Made by a program: the position numbers and the translations under genes | Assembly: GCA_002269645.1 (NCBI GenBank) | Contig: NIVC01000778.1 | Coordinates: forward strand, 186,001 to 250,000 | Length of the DNA: 64,000 nucleotides | Reading direction: 5' to 3' | Origin: Macrostomum lignano | Taxonomy: Eukaryota | Shown: piece by piece, positions 51,701-64,000 of the stretch | Position numbering within the stretch: position 1 is the stretch's first letter | Layout of the letters: each line of letters opens with the position of its first letter | The notes under the pieces: generated by a model | The model's database searches: none | Seen by the model: only the letters and a program-made list of their open reading frames with translations | What the model was told of the DNA's origin: nothing

Positions 51701-54700
51701 TGACAAATTTTGGTGTCAGAGAGTGACAAATTTTGGTGTCAGAGAGTGTCAAATTTTGGTGGCAGAGAGTGAGTAATTTTAGTGTCAGAGAGTGACAAAT
51801 TTTGGTGGCAGAGAGTGACAAATTTTAGTGTCAGAGAGTGACAAATTTTGGTGTCAGAAAGTAACAAATTTTGGTGTCAGTGACAAATTTTGGTGTCAGA
51901 GAGTGACAAATTTTGGTGGCAGAGAGTGACAAATTTGGTGTCAGAAAGTAACAAATTTTGGTGTCAAAAAATAACAAATTTTGGTGTCAGCCAGTGACAA
52001 ATTTTGGTGTCAGAGAGTGACAAATTTTGGTATCAGAGAGTGACAAATTTTGGTGTCAGAAAGTAACAAATTTTGGTGTCAGACACTGCATTCTCTCAAT
52101 GGAGCCAGACCGGATAGATAAGTTAGACCAGCTCTTAGCTAGATTAGTTAGTCAAATAAGCCCCAGCCTAGAAGTGTGAGACCGCCGGTTTATATCGATT
52201 TGAAATTGAAACATTAGCTTTGGGAACGGGATCGCAATCCACTCCGAAATGCAAAGTCAATCGTATAGAGTAGACTGCAGGGTGTAATTAGGGGCTTGGG
52301 AGATTATGATGGCCGGGAGAGATTCGGAATTCTCTTCCCTCCACCCCTCCTCACGCAGGCCCTACTCATTTAATTAGTTGGGGTCACGTGGCGCTTCGAG
52401 CCTAACAACTAACTGTTCTAACACCCACCGGTTCTGGGCAGAGTCAAAGCTATCGGATTCCGAGTCGCTCAGGGATTTGGGATTGTAGAGGCAGGATCAG
52501 AGAGCCAGATGGTGCTGCGGTCGGTGTATCCTCATTCTCACTCCCGCTCCGCTCATTCACCACCGCTCTGACATACCCCTTGGGTCCCTAGTGATTCATG
52601 AAAGCACGGCACAGCCACCCGACCACATCCATCGGGCTCAATTTCCCCCTAGGGATTAAGACCCGGCCGCCCGCATCCCCTTTCTGCTTTAATCTCCGTC
52701 CAAGTCGCCTTTGCAGTCTCAATTTGCTCTGTTCCGCTCGGCAAATGCTGGAATTGCAGTGCACGCTGGAATGACTTGACATGAGACATGCAACCTATGG
52801 CACACATTATTATATGTGTGTGCTGTTTTATGAGATGCTTTAGGCACAGCTTTCTGCTGTCATATATATATTGTACTACAATAGTATAACTTGTAAGTCC
52901 AAGATTGCTTATTAATTTTAGGCTAGGCAAGAACAGTGCACTCTAGTTTAGCTTACTCCTGTTACTGTATGTGTCGGGTGTCCATTGATTCATTGATTGG
53001 ATTTTATTGATTTGATTTATTCTTTTCAGGGACTTTGTGAAAAGGTCACTGGAGGCCACAATGGGTCCATTGGAGATCACAGTGTGTCACTGGAAATCCC
53101 AATGAGCTCCTGGAGATCCCAATGAGTCACACTGGAGATCCCAATGAGTCACTGGACTGGACATCCCAATGAGTCACACTGGAGATCCCAATGAGTCACT
53201 GGACATCCCAATGAGTCACACTGGAGATCCTAAGGAGTCACTGGAGAGCCCAATGAGTCACCGAACATCCCAATGAGTCACACTGGAGATCCCAATGAGT
53301 CACACTGAAGATTCCAATGAGTCACACTGGAGATCCCAATGAGTCACACTGGAGATCCCAATGAGTCACTAGAGGTCGCAATTGATTACTGAGGAGCCCA
53401 TCAGATCACAAGAAGTTTAAATGGTTAATATTCGGTTTCAATTATGTCTGGTTAATAAAGTTTCAAACTTCTAGACCCAAACCTGGATCCTTTCTGCCTG
53501 CCTAGCATCAAGAAAAATACGCTGAAGCATCAAGTCTTATAATTGGTCTGCCTTAAAAACCAAACATCAGAATAATTGCGCTCTAATAAAAAAATTGCCG
53601 AAATTTTGGTTTTCCGCTATTCACTTTTGAAGAATTTGAAGAAGGTCTGGGAGTCTGGGGAGCAATAACTGCGAACTTAAAAAGAGAAAAACCATCGTCT
53701 TCCCCAAGTGCGAGGAGGCTGGGGGCGGGAGATGCACCAGAATGAGATTGAATGCCTGGGAGGGATTTTTCAACCTTATTTCTCCCTTACCCACTGCCAC
53801 CCCGTGTCTGTCGCTCCGAAGAAAACCCCCAGCATCCAAGCCCCCAGGAGCACTTGACTGATCATCGTCTGCTTTTGGGCAGATGAAGCTTGAAGCAAGC
53901 GAAGTCTTGCTTGGCTTGTCTCGTCCTAGCAGAGGGCGGAGCAGGGCGTGAGGGACGGGAGTGAAGAGTGAACTGAAGGCACGAAACTCACCAGCGAGTT
54001 GGGTCGCCAAGGAGAGAACTTGAAGCTAAACGTGCAATCTGGAGAGTGGAAACTATGAGAGAGCAAGTTTTCAATTTCTATCTCTAGGGAGTTGTCTTGA
54101 AGATCGAACTCAAGGTTGTGTTACCAATTTATGATCCCTCTGTGTGCACGAAACCCTGAGAGGTTTGCATCATCCTAGCTATGTAGGGACAGACGCTATA
54201 AACTAGTAGACGGTGCTGTAATTTGATAGTTCAGGCTGCTAAAAAAGCAGGTCCACAACACAAGAAGAGATTCTGTAGAGAGGCTGCGGATGCTTCATCA
54301 TTAAGGGAACTTGCTGACAGGAAACCGCGCGGGAGTATCGGGATTTATCTCTCCCCTCTTGAGCAAAGCTCGTGCTGTGTATCTATGCCGTGCTTCTATC
54401 TGAGTTCTCTCTGACATTGAGACAACTCTGAGCTGGATTCAGCTGGATTCCGCTGGGGTCGCAGACTCGTCACTTGGAATCTGGTTGGAAATTTTTCAAT
54501 GTCTTTAGCACCGGGGGCTTTAGCACCGGGGGATTTAGCACCGGGGGATTTAGCACCGGGGGATTTAGCACCGGGGGATTTAGCACCGGGGGATTCAGCA
54601 CCGGGGCTTTATCACCGGGGGATTCAGCACCGGGGGATTCAGCACCGGGGGATTCAGCACCGGGGATTTAGCAAGGAGAGTGACTGATTGCAGCTGAATC

Positions 54701-56040
54701 TGCCAACTCCAGTGTGTAGAGGGGCAGAGAAACCTCTCTGTCTTCGCTTCTTTCTTGAGGTCGTGTGACGCACAAAAAAATTGCAAAACTCAACGAGGCG
54801 TGAAAAGGAGAGCCTCCATCCACCACCGGAAGCTGTGAGCTATCTAGCTAGCTATTAGATGAAGACTCAAAATCAAAAATTCCTCGGGAATTGATCTTGC
54901 CCTGTCACTGCGCTCTGGCCTCGAGCCTTCAAATCTGCAGTGACCCCTTCTTTCCTTCGTTCCCAGCTTCTTTTTTCTTTTCCAGCTGCTCTTGTTCACC
55001 CCCCTCTCCTAAAGTGAGATTCGTCATCCCTGCTGCTGGAGCAACAGAAGTTGGCGTGACTGATTGCTCAGACTGCTCAATGCTACTCAGCTATGCACGA
55101 TCTGCCAACCAAAGCAAGATCTTTTCAATTCTTTGCTGGTCTCGTCTCTTCTGGAAGCTTTCCAATGCACAGTCTATCATAAGAGTGAACTATAGAGTGA
55201 CATTTTTGTAGCTATGGACAGGAGAGTGACATTTTTGTAGTTCAGTAGGATTTAGAAGAGTGACATTTTTGTAGTTTAGTAGGACTGAGGAGAGTGACAT
55301 TTTTGTAGTTTGTAAGGATTGAGAAGAGTGACATTTTTGTAATTTGTAAGGATTGAGAAGAGTGACATTTTTGTAGTTTGTAAGGATTGAGAAGAGTGAC
55401 ATTTTTTTAGTTTAGTAGAATTGAGGAGAGTGACATTTTTTTAATTTGGAAGGACTAAAAAGTGAGTCTATAAGTCTCTGTATAGGAGCTGAGTGATTCA
55501 GACCAGTCTGTTTCAATTTCCATTAGTGTACAAGTAGGGTTAGAACACTGATATCAAGTCTGTCAATTCTTTTAAGCTCCTCCAAAGTTCTTCAATAAAA
55601 TCCAACTCAGATTAAGTTGATCTATCCCTGTAAGCCCCCAAAGTAGCAATATAATTAATTGGTACAAAGTAAACCATATAACTAATGAAAGTATTGATTT
55701 TTCGAGGCTCCAGTATCTCTCTCTCTCTCTGTCCGTCTGTCTGTCTGACCAAATCTAAATTCTCGGTTGACTGCCCATTCCAATTCCAATTCCAAAATAA
55801 TCTTGTTGTGATCCGTTCGGCCCCGGCCAGGGGAACTCGGGGGGGTTCGGAACTTCGATTTCTTTACTGCAACTTGTTGTAGATGCTTCAAAAAAAGACG
55901 TTAGTTACGATATATAATAATGCATATGAATTTGATTCCCAATATAGACCAAATGAGCCAAGTTGCTACCGGTATGTAACAGTTTATTTTTTTGCCGGCC
56001 ACTTAGTCACAAATGAGCTACCAGCCGCGATACTAAGGCT

Positions 56041-56075
<35 letters not shown>

Positions 56076-57431
56076 TCTCTACATGTAAATAGCTTGTGGT
56101 GAAGCTGCCAAGTGCGCTCAATAATGTTATAGTGTAGCACTCTGCCTCTCTACTACTATTAGTCTAATTTGCATGCCATTGAGAATTGAACGCTGTAGTA
56201 GCGCGGGACTAACGACCCAAGTTCAGTGTGTAATCCTATCAGGCCTGTTATATTACATACGAGTATTTGGGATGCTTACTTGGTCCGTTAGTAAAGAAAG
56301 TCCTCATATACTATCTGAGAGACGATAGGTATGTGCATCGGATCTGGCGGCAACAACCTCTAACAACTGGGTAAGTTTCGCCCTTATTTGCAGGATAAGC
56401 AGCTGAATGAAGCATCCTCTTGAGCAATCCAATCAATTTTAGTTGAGTTCTTCAAGCTCATGCTATTGGCGATGAATCATGCTTATTGCTATGGTCGTGA
56501 TTTTTTTTTGATCATAACACAGCTTTTAGTTTGAGGGGAATGCCAGTGTCATGAACGACGAATCAAGGGCGCCGAATTAAGGGCGCCGAATCAAGGGCGC
56601 CGAATCAAGGGCGCCGAATCAAGGGCGCCGAATCAGAGGCGCCGAAAAAAGGGCACCGAATCAAAGGCGCCGAATCAAAGGCGCCGAATCAAAGGCGCCG
56701 AATCAAGGGCGCCAAAAAAGGGCGCCGAATCAAGGGCACCGAATCAAGGGCCGGATCAGGAGCGCCAAATCAGGGGCGCCAAATCGTGGGCGCCAAATTA
56801 GAGGCGCCGAATCAAAGGCGCCGAATAAAGGGCGCCGAATCAAAGGCGCCGACTTCGAGGCGCCAAATCAGAGCGCCAAATCAGAGGCGCTGAATTAGGG
56901 GCACAAAATCATGGGCGCCAGATCACGAGCGCCGAATCTTCGGCTCCGAATCATTAGCGCCAAATTCGGGGCGCCAAATCAATAAAATCAATCAATCAAA
57001 CCGAAATCAACTCAAATTATATATGCATATAATGAGGGGCAAAATGAATGGCGCCAACAAGACAATGTCTGAAAGTAGCTGTGAGAAAAAAAACCTAAAA
57101 GTTCAAAAGACTGGTTGAAAACCACGCGCTCACCAATGACTTCTTGAAGAACGCCAGGCGGAAAGCAGAGCAGAGTCTGCAACAACATCGCCCAGCAAAT
57201 CGAGCTGACATAATTATAAGTGACCGCTGACAGACGCTTGTCTCTTTTCAGGCCTGACAACACTAAACTGTTCAATATCAGGGAGCTCAGAACTACAACT
57301 GTACAGCTGATGAACTGTGGGGTCAGTGGCAGGAGCAGATATTCGGAAATCCTGTAGCCTAGCAAGTTGTCTTCAACGGTTGTTGCTGCTGAAGGAGTGG
57401 CAGCTTCGGTGGAGCCTGTTGAGTCAGTCAT
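48719..57431 (-). CDS. Class A GPCR, divergent 5-HT2/aminergic-like, ~611 aa, 3 exons
   Basis: Exons 57431-57134, 51240-50814 and 49829-48719 join in frame (1836 nt; phases 1, 2). TM1 LNSLV; TM3 LCIAWIYMDTFLC..LHCLGSTIDTWLRLRYP; ECL2 CLHRDPNFV; long ICL3; TM6 SEKSAC...LWSPH; TM7 WIAYATCVAYPLFF; poly-Cys tail. Confidence 0.85.
50060..50742. repeat. 44-46-bp minisatellite with an internal ACACAG-CCTT-CTGTGT hairpin (GPCR intron 2)
   Basis: agcatctggacacagccttctgtgtgacctcaaaagtcttctgt tandem copies. Confidence 0.95.
51415..52082. repeat. ~23-bp minisatellite (agagagtgacaaattttggtgtc)
   Basis: Tandem copies. A related gagtgacattttt unit recurs at 55190-55445. Confidence 0.92.
53090..53400. repeat. 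22-24-bp minisatellite (ctggagatcccaatgagtcaca)
   Basis: Tandem copies visible. Confidence 0.9.
54503..54672. repeat. 15-bp minisatellite (agcaccgggggattt)
   Basis: Tandem copies visible. Confidence 0.92.
55190..55445. repeat. ~35-bp degenerate tandem repeat (gagagtgacatttttgtag...)
   Basis: Tandem copies visible. Confidence 0.8.
56560..56985. repeat. 15-bp minisatellite (ggcgccgaatcaagg)
   Basis: Tandem copies visible. Confidence 0.9.
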
Positions 57432-57789
57432 GACAGTGTTTTGGTTCGCGGTTCTCCAAGCCAAGTTTCGGTCGGGGATGTTATTATGTGATGAGGGCCG
57501 GGCCAGCCTCCCGGCTAATGCTGGCTCATATAGCACCCTTCATCATCAACAGCCAACGAAAAGCTTCTCCCACTTTGCTTTCTCGTCCCCAGATCCCGGT
57601 TTTCTCGTCTCTCTCCCCCCTCTGCGGCCAAGGAGAACTAGCTGGTGATCTACAATCTGGAGTGAAGTTTTGCTATAAAGAAATTATACTCATAGCGATG
57701 GAAGAATTAGGAGGCATTTGAATGACCTTCTGCTGGAAGAGCTGAATATTCCTGCTAACTTGGCAGCCACTTACCCACGCTGTACAACG

Positions 57790-58200
57790 CTTTGAAATCA
57801 TTATTATTCAACTCTTCGAAATCATTATTCACAGCTTCGAAATCATTATTCAACTCTTCGAAATCATTATTCATAGCTTCGAAATCATTATTCATAGCTT
57901 CGAAATCATTATTCACAGCTTCGAAATCATTATTCAACTCTTCGAAATCATTATTCATAGCTTCGAAATCATTATTCACAGCTTCGAAATCATTATTCAT
58001 AGCTTCGAAATCATTATTCATAGCTTCGAAATCATTATTCACAGCTTCGAAATCATTATTCATAGCTTCGAAATCATTATTCATAGCTTCGAAATCATTA
58101 TTCACAGCTTTGAAATCATTATTCACAGCTTCGAAATCATTATTCATAGCTTCGAAATCATTATTCATAGCTTCGAAATCATTATTCATAGCTTTCGAAG
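57790..58200. repeat. 21-bp minisatellite (cttcgaaatcattattcatag)
   Basis: Tandem copies visible. Confidence 0.95.
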
Positions 58201-59619
58201 TCATCTTTAGTTTTCCATTCCACATTACTACATCTCGATGGCCTGGTCAACGTAACTCCATCTCCAAGCGGCCAATCTCCATGTGCCGCATGTATTGGTG
58301 TTGGAATCTTCTACCCATGCCTATGCCAAGTCCAAGCTGGCTCTGCTTGAAAAAGTGACAGCGCAATACTTTGGAGCTATTGGTCAAGCAGTGCCAGCAA
58401 GGAATGAATTATATGCCAGGAGAGATTAGGAGAGGGAAGGGGAGAGAGGGAGAGAGAGGGGGAAGAAGATGGGCGCAGTCAAAAGACCGATGGCTACGAA
58501 GGGGAAAAATAGAATGACCCGATCCTTATTCCACGGCAGAGAATTAACGGGCGAAGAATGAAAAAAGAGAGAAAGAAGAAAAGTGGAAAAAGCATAAATT
58601 GCAACTATAAGCACCGCGCCACCCCACCCCCCAGCAGCCTTGTTTCTTGTGTCCAGCTACCCCTGCGTTCCTCTGTCAGATGCCGAACGGATAGACAAGA
58701 AACTGAAGTAATATTCTGCCGCATTTTGGTTGCTTCAGAGATAAGACATCCTTTCGTGCGTGCTTGCGCAGTCCTTCTCCTCTTTCTGCCATTTGCCCTG
58801 AACACGTTGCTGCTTTTGTTTAATCCGAGGCAAACACAGAAGAAGGATTTGTGTTTCACTTTGGAACTGTTCTGCACTTATCAGAATATGATTTATGAGC
58901 GTCTGCAGTAAAACTGCGGATCTTTAATCCTCTTGATGGTTGTGACCACTAACTCACGGCTTTCACTGTGATTTGTGTGATTTGTGTTCACCAACTCACT
59001 CCCTTCACTGTGATTTGTGTCCACTAACTCACGTCTATGTCTGTGATTTGTGTCCAATAACTCACGTCTTTCTCTGTCCTTTGGATGTCCTTTAACTCAC
59101 CCTTTCACTGTATTTTTTCACCAAGTCACTCCATTGACTGTGACTTATGTCCAGCAAGTCACTCCCTTCACTGCAATTCGTGTCCACTATCTACTCTCTT
59201 CTCTTATAACTTCCAAGTAAGATTCATAAAACATTATTCTACGCAAAAGAAACATGATTTCTTCTATTTTTGTTGGAAAAGCAGAGAAAAACATTTAACA
59301 CGCAATGTTCCGCTTCGCTGCCACAATATGACTGCTGGCATAAAATAACAATGCAACTGTCAGTTGGGAAATCGCTAAAGCGCATCTTAGGGAGCGGGAC
59401 CACCTGCTGGGTTCTATTGCGTAACTAATTTTGACAGCTCTCAACAATATCTTAGCTGTAATTGCTGGCTTTACAGGTTGACGAGTGTTAAGGTAAATGC
59501 TGTAGAAGAAGTATTATAGAATCTGAAGGTGTTCAAGTCTCCTTGCAATGAAACGAACGAAATAGCTGTGTCTTTTTGTTCGTTGTCTGTGTCTTTTCTG
59601 TTTCACCTGTGTGTCCTTG

Positions 59620-60000
59620 TGTCTGCTGTCTCTGTGTCTGTGTGTCTGTGTCTGTCTATGTGTCTCACTGTCTCAGTGTATGTCTGTCTATGTGTCTCAC
59701 TATCTCAGTGTATGTATGTCTGTGTGTCTCACTATCTCAGTGTATGTCTGTCTGTGTCTCCCTGTCTCAGTGTATGTCTGTCTATGTGTCTCCCTGTCTC
59801 AGTGTATGTCTGTCTGTGTGTCTCACTATCTCAGTGTATGTCTGTCTGTGTGTCTCACTGTCTCAGTGTATGTCTGTCTGTGTGTCTCACTGTCTCAGTG
59901 TATGTCTGTATGTGTGTCTCAGTGTCTCAGTGTATGTCTGTATGTGTGTCTCAATGTCCTTCTGTGCCTGATGTCAATGTGTTTCAGTGTCTTTTTTCTG
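59620..60000. repeat. TG/TC-rich degenerate tandem repeat (ctcagtgtatgtctgtctgtgtgt)
   Basis: Tandem copies visible. Confidence 0.85.
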
Positions 60001-60559
60001 ATGTCAATGTGTCTCTGTCTGTGTCTGTCTTGATGTGTCTCAGTGCTTGCCTCTTCATTGATGTCACTATGTCCCTACATGTGTGTTCCGGCATCGCTGC
60101 AGTCTTTCTGTGTCGCATTGTTTCTATGTCTTTAGTAAATATTTCATGAGTGGATTTCATGTCTGAAAGCTAGGTCCTCTGTGGGCTAGCTGTCTCTCGT
60201 GAAATAAAAATAGTAAAACTGCTCATGCAACTCCGTGACTGAGCAAACAGTCTCAACAGAGCTATTCTACATCAATTTATGCCAGCTCATATGCAGCCGA
60301 ACGCTGCTTTTCTTAGTCACGAAATCTCAATAAGAGAAAGTTTTTTGCATTCTAAATTTCGTAGGCTTTTTATCTAGGCTATTTTTGTAGATGCATCAGT
60401 ATAGTGAATTCCAATCCACAAAAACTACGGTAGGAAATTTTTGGTCTACACTTCTTTAAGAATTGAAGAATATTTTAAATGCTTCTATTTAATGCTATTG
60501 CTAAAAGCATTTTAAAAGATTTTATGGAATAGGATTTCCGATCGTAACAGGTCACAATT

Positions 60560-61112
60560 TTTAGGCGCCAAAATGAGTGTCTGCCTGCGGAGCCAAAATG
60601 AGTGCCTGCCTGCGGCGCCAAAACGAGTGTCTGCGGCGCCAAAACGAGTGCCTGTGGCGCTAAAAAGAGTGCCTGCGGCGCCAAAATGAGTGCCTGCGGC
60701 GCCAAAATGAGTGCCTGCGGCGCCAAAACGAGTGCCTGTGGCGCTAAAAAGAGTGCATGCGGCGCCAAAATGAGTGCATGCGGCGCCAAAATGAGTGCCT
60801 GTGGCGCTAAAAAGAGTGCATGCGGCGCCAAAATGAGTGCCTGTGGCGCTAAAAAGAGTGCATGCGGCGCCAAAATGAGTGCCTGTGGCGCTAAAAAGAG
60901 TGCATGCGGCGCCAAAATGAGTGCCTGTGGCGCTAAAAAGAGTGCCTGCGGCACCAAAATGAGTGCCTGCGGCGCCAAAATGAGTGCCTGCGGCGCTAAA
61001 AAGAGTGCATGCGGCGCCAAAATGAGTGCATGCGGCGCCAAAACGAGTGCCTGTGGCGCTAAAAAGAGTGCATGCGGCGCAAAAATGAGAGCCTGTCTAC
61101 GGCGCCAAAATG
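60560..61112. repeat. 21-bp minisatellite (ggcgccaaaatgagtgcctgc)
   Basis: Tandem copies visible. Confidence 0.95.
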
Positions 61113-62251
61113 CGTGCTAGCAACACCGATTCTCAAAATAATGTACAAGTAGGAATTTAGTCATGTACATGTAAAATTCTTGGCTTTGTCCGTCCCACCA
61201 TCAAATCCATGGCGACGCCCCTGTAAGCTATTAAGTTATAACTAATTGATGTGGCTAATATTATAATATACTCAATACACACAGAAAGAAATAATCACAT
61301 AATGTACGTACTCTACTACTGATAGTATGTAAATCCGTAAATGCAACTGACTTAATGTAAATATTTTTTCTGAGGGGACAAACGCCGTCTTTGTTATGAA
61401 CAATAAAGAAAAGAAAAAAGTATTTAAACCATTATTTAACCAATTTAAATCGGGATTTAAACTAATAAAATAATAAGTTACCTCATACTATTATATGGTA
61501 GTTTACTTATTTATATATATTTTATAAAATTCTGGACAATAGACAACCTGAAAGAAACAGAACAAGGAAAAGAAGACTAGAGATAAATTATTTCACCCTC
61601 TTATTAATAGAAAATAAATATAAATTTTAAAAAATATAAACAATGGCACAGATAATTATAGCTAATATTGATCTGGTCAGTTTTATAATATAAATAAGAA
61701 TATAATAGAATTATCAAATAATAGAAATTAGTTGATATTATTCACTATACAAGAAATAATACTCAAATAATAAATAAATAATAGTCATAGAAATTTACTA
61801 AAATTATGTTTTATATAGATTGTTTTGTTAAAGTGGGTTATTAAGAACACAGATTTTGAATGGTTCAATTTAACAACAGGACGCATCTTGCAAAATGTAA
61901 TTACATAGGCGATGGTTTGTTAAATATATAATATGACAAAATATTAGAACTATTAGACATTATTTGTGGAATATTGGTTTGCTTAATAGTTGTGTCTTGT
62001 ACTGTACTCAAAGTTTTTTAATATTGGCAAGCCGTAAACGGCCGTGACCCTGGTGATTCACGTAACCTGGAAACCCAGTCAGAGATCCCTGGAAACCCAA
62101 ATAGAGATACCTGTAAAAACCCAGCTAGAGATCCCTGGAAACTCAGTTAGAGATCTAGCCAAACCCGACTATCTTAAAAACCATAAAAAGCGTCGTCTAA
62201 AGCGATCCCTGAATCCCGTCTTAATTATCTCTCCCAAAAGTTCCTCGCCGG

Positions 62252-62871
62252 TCACTCAACGCTGGAATAGGCGGAGCTCTTGTTCAACCGAGTGGCCAAG
62301 AAGCCGCACACGATAATTAACACGCAGACGGCCAGAATGCCTGAGATCACCATAATAACTGTGCTTCTGGCCTGCTTATTCGAGTCGGCCTCGCATAGGA
62401 ATGCTGCAAATTTTACGAGTACTCATTGCTGTATTATTAAGGCAATGCCACTATCTAAAAGGATGATTCTTTGAGTTAAAAATCCAAATACCTTGTTGCG
62501 TTCTAACCCTCCTATTCTCACTCTCATATGTTTGTCTCTCCTCCACCCATCTCCCACTGCCAATCGCTCCCCTATCTTAGTCGCCCACCATCTCACTTTC
62601 TCACTCTCCCCATCTCATTCTGTCCTAATCTCATTCCCTCTCCATCTCACTCTTTCCCTATCTCATACTCTCTCCATCTGACTCTCTCTACCCATCTCAT
62701 ACTCACCCCATCTGAATCTCTATCCTAATCTCGTAGTCTCTCCATCTCACTCTCTCTCTTATCTCACTCTCTCGCTATCTCACTCTCTCCCCATCTCACC
62801 CCACCTATCTCACTGTCTTCCCATCTTACTCTTCTCCCTAATCTCATTTTCTCTCCATCTCACTCTCTCCT

Positions 62872-62949
<78 letters not shown>

Positions 62950-63222
62950 ATTGTGCTCTTCTCCAACACTCACGTCCTTCCAGCAACCCGCCCTTCGGTG
63001 CGGTGGACTTGAACACGTCAATCTGAACTTTAGGAAACATAACTGTGGCGCACGGACGTTGAGTCTTCTTCTTCAAGGAAGTCTTATGCGGTTGAAGCTC
63101 CGAACTGCCCGTCTGATGGAGTTGGACGAACTCTAAAGATTCGCACTTGAAGGTCAGGCCGAGAGGCGAGGCGAAAAGGAAGGTTCGACCTTTGCTGACG
63201 AATGTTATTACGGGGTCGACGC
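62252..63222 (-). CDS. LAMP-family lysosomal membrane glycoprotein, last two exons
   Basis: Exon 63222-62974 (phase 1-1: FASPLGLTFKC...VQIDVF) and terminal exon 62403-62252 (FLCEAD, TM segment, RLNKSSAYSSVE*). The upstream exons were not found in the window and presumably lie to the right of it. Confidence 0.75.
62500..62945. repeat. CT-rich tract ending in a (CT)n microsatellite in the LAMP intron
   Basis: Read directly from the sequence. Confidence 0.9.
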
Positions 63223-63437
63223 CTAGAATTCGAAAGTAGGAAGAATATTTACGCCCGTATAATTACAATTGATTACGCCTGCCTAATAGGGAGATGTGCA
63301 ACCGAAAGCTCAGCCGCAGCTATTGCGCGACGCATCTGAAGGCTGCGTGCGGCTGTTCAGTCCAAGGACTGGGGGGGGGGGGGGGGGTCGCCACACACAC
63401 CCTTAATTACCCTAGCTAATGCTGGCACAAAACTGTT

Positions 63438-63511
63438 CCTAGTGGGCCGAGTATCGAACCAACGACCTTTCAGTCGTGAGTCGACGCTCTAACCATTCAC
63501 TAGGTTGCAAC
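63438..63511 (-). pseudogene. tRNA-derived sequence (Val-CAC-like; SINE head or tRNA pseudogene)
   Basis: Minus strand GTTGCAACCTAGTGAATGGTTAGAGCGTCGACTCACGACTGAAAGGTCGTTGGTTCGATACTCGG: A-box-like, CT-CAC-GA loop and B-box GGTTCGA. The acceptor stem does not pair. Confidence 0.55.
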
Positions 63512-63589
63512 TCATTTTGTAAGAAGAGAGAAGAAAATCATTTTAGTTAATTGGCTGAATAATCATCATCAAAACCCACGATTCTTCAG

Positions 63590-64000
63590 CTGGAGCCGCT
63601 ACCCACCCCCCACGATCCTTCAACTGGAGCGGACTACCCAGCCCCAACCCCCATGATTCTTCAACTGGAGCGGGCTACCCACCCCACGGCCCCACCCCCA
63701 GCCCCCATGATCCTTCAACTGGAGCGGGCTATATACCCCCAACCCCCATGATCCTTCAACTGGAGCGGGCTACCCACCCCAACCCCCATGATCCTTCAAC
63801 TGGAGCGGACTACCCAGCCCCAACCCACATGATTCTTCAACTGGAGCGGGCTACCCACCCCCAACCCCCATGATCCTTCAACTGGAGCGGGCTACCCACC
63901 CCACGGCCCCACCCCCAACCCCCATGATCCTTCAACTGGAGCGGGCTACCCACCCCACGGCCCCACCCCCAACCCCATGATCCTTCAACTGGAGCGGGCT
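63590..64000. repeat. ~45-bp minisatellite (ccccatgatccttcaactggagcgggctacccacc), runs off the window
   Basis: Tandem copies visible. Confidence 0.92.

Noticed and set aside
59378-59412. gggagcgggaccacc resembling part of the SRP (7SL) RNA S-domain
   Set aside because: The match is short, and no flanking SRP helices or Alu domain are present.

Overview
Repeat-rich invertebrate eukaryotic genomic DNA with spliceosomal introns. The style (poly-Ala/Gln exons, short introns stuffed with minisatellites) suggests a flatworm such as Macrostomum, but that is inference only. I assembled seven host genes by hand from splice sites: phosphoglucomutase (-, last exon not found in the window), an SLC22-family transporter (+), TMEM38/TRIC channel (-), CEP295/Ana1 centriole protein (+), a secreted multi-WSC-domain protein built from phase-1 exons and micro-exons (+), a divergent 5-HT2-like class A GPCR (-) and the last two exons of a LAMP-family protein (-). 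The mobilome is dense. It includes five related hAT-type MITEs with 8-bp TSDs, a MULE-type foldback element with a 9-bp TSD, a TA-flanked MITE, a decayed Crypton-like tyrosine-recombinase element with TATGG-containing terminal repeats and a Tc1 relic. A truncated APE-RT LINE is joined back-to-back to a DIRS/Ngaro-like YR retrotransposon. There is also an unclassified five-copy dispersed hairpin element with compensatory changes, a tRNA-derived head, and about 20 minisatellite arrays whose unit lengths cluster at 20-23 and 44-46 bp. Most long ORFs in the supplied track over repeats are artefacts. No CRISPR array is present.
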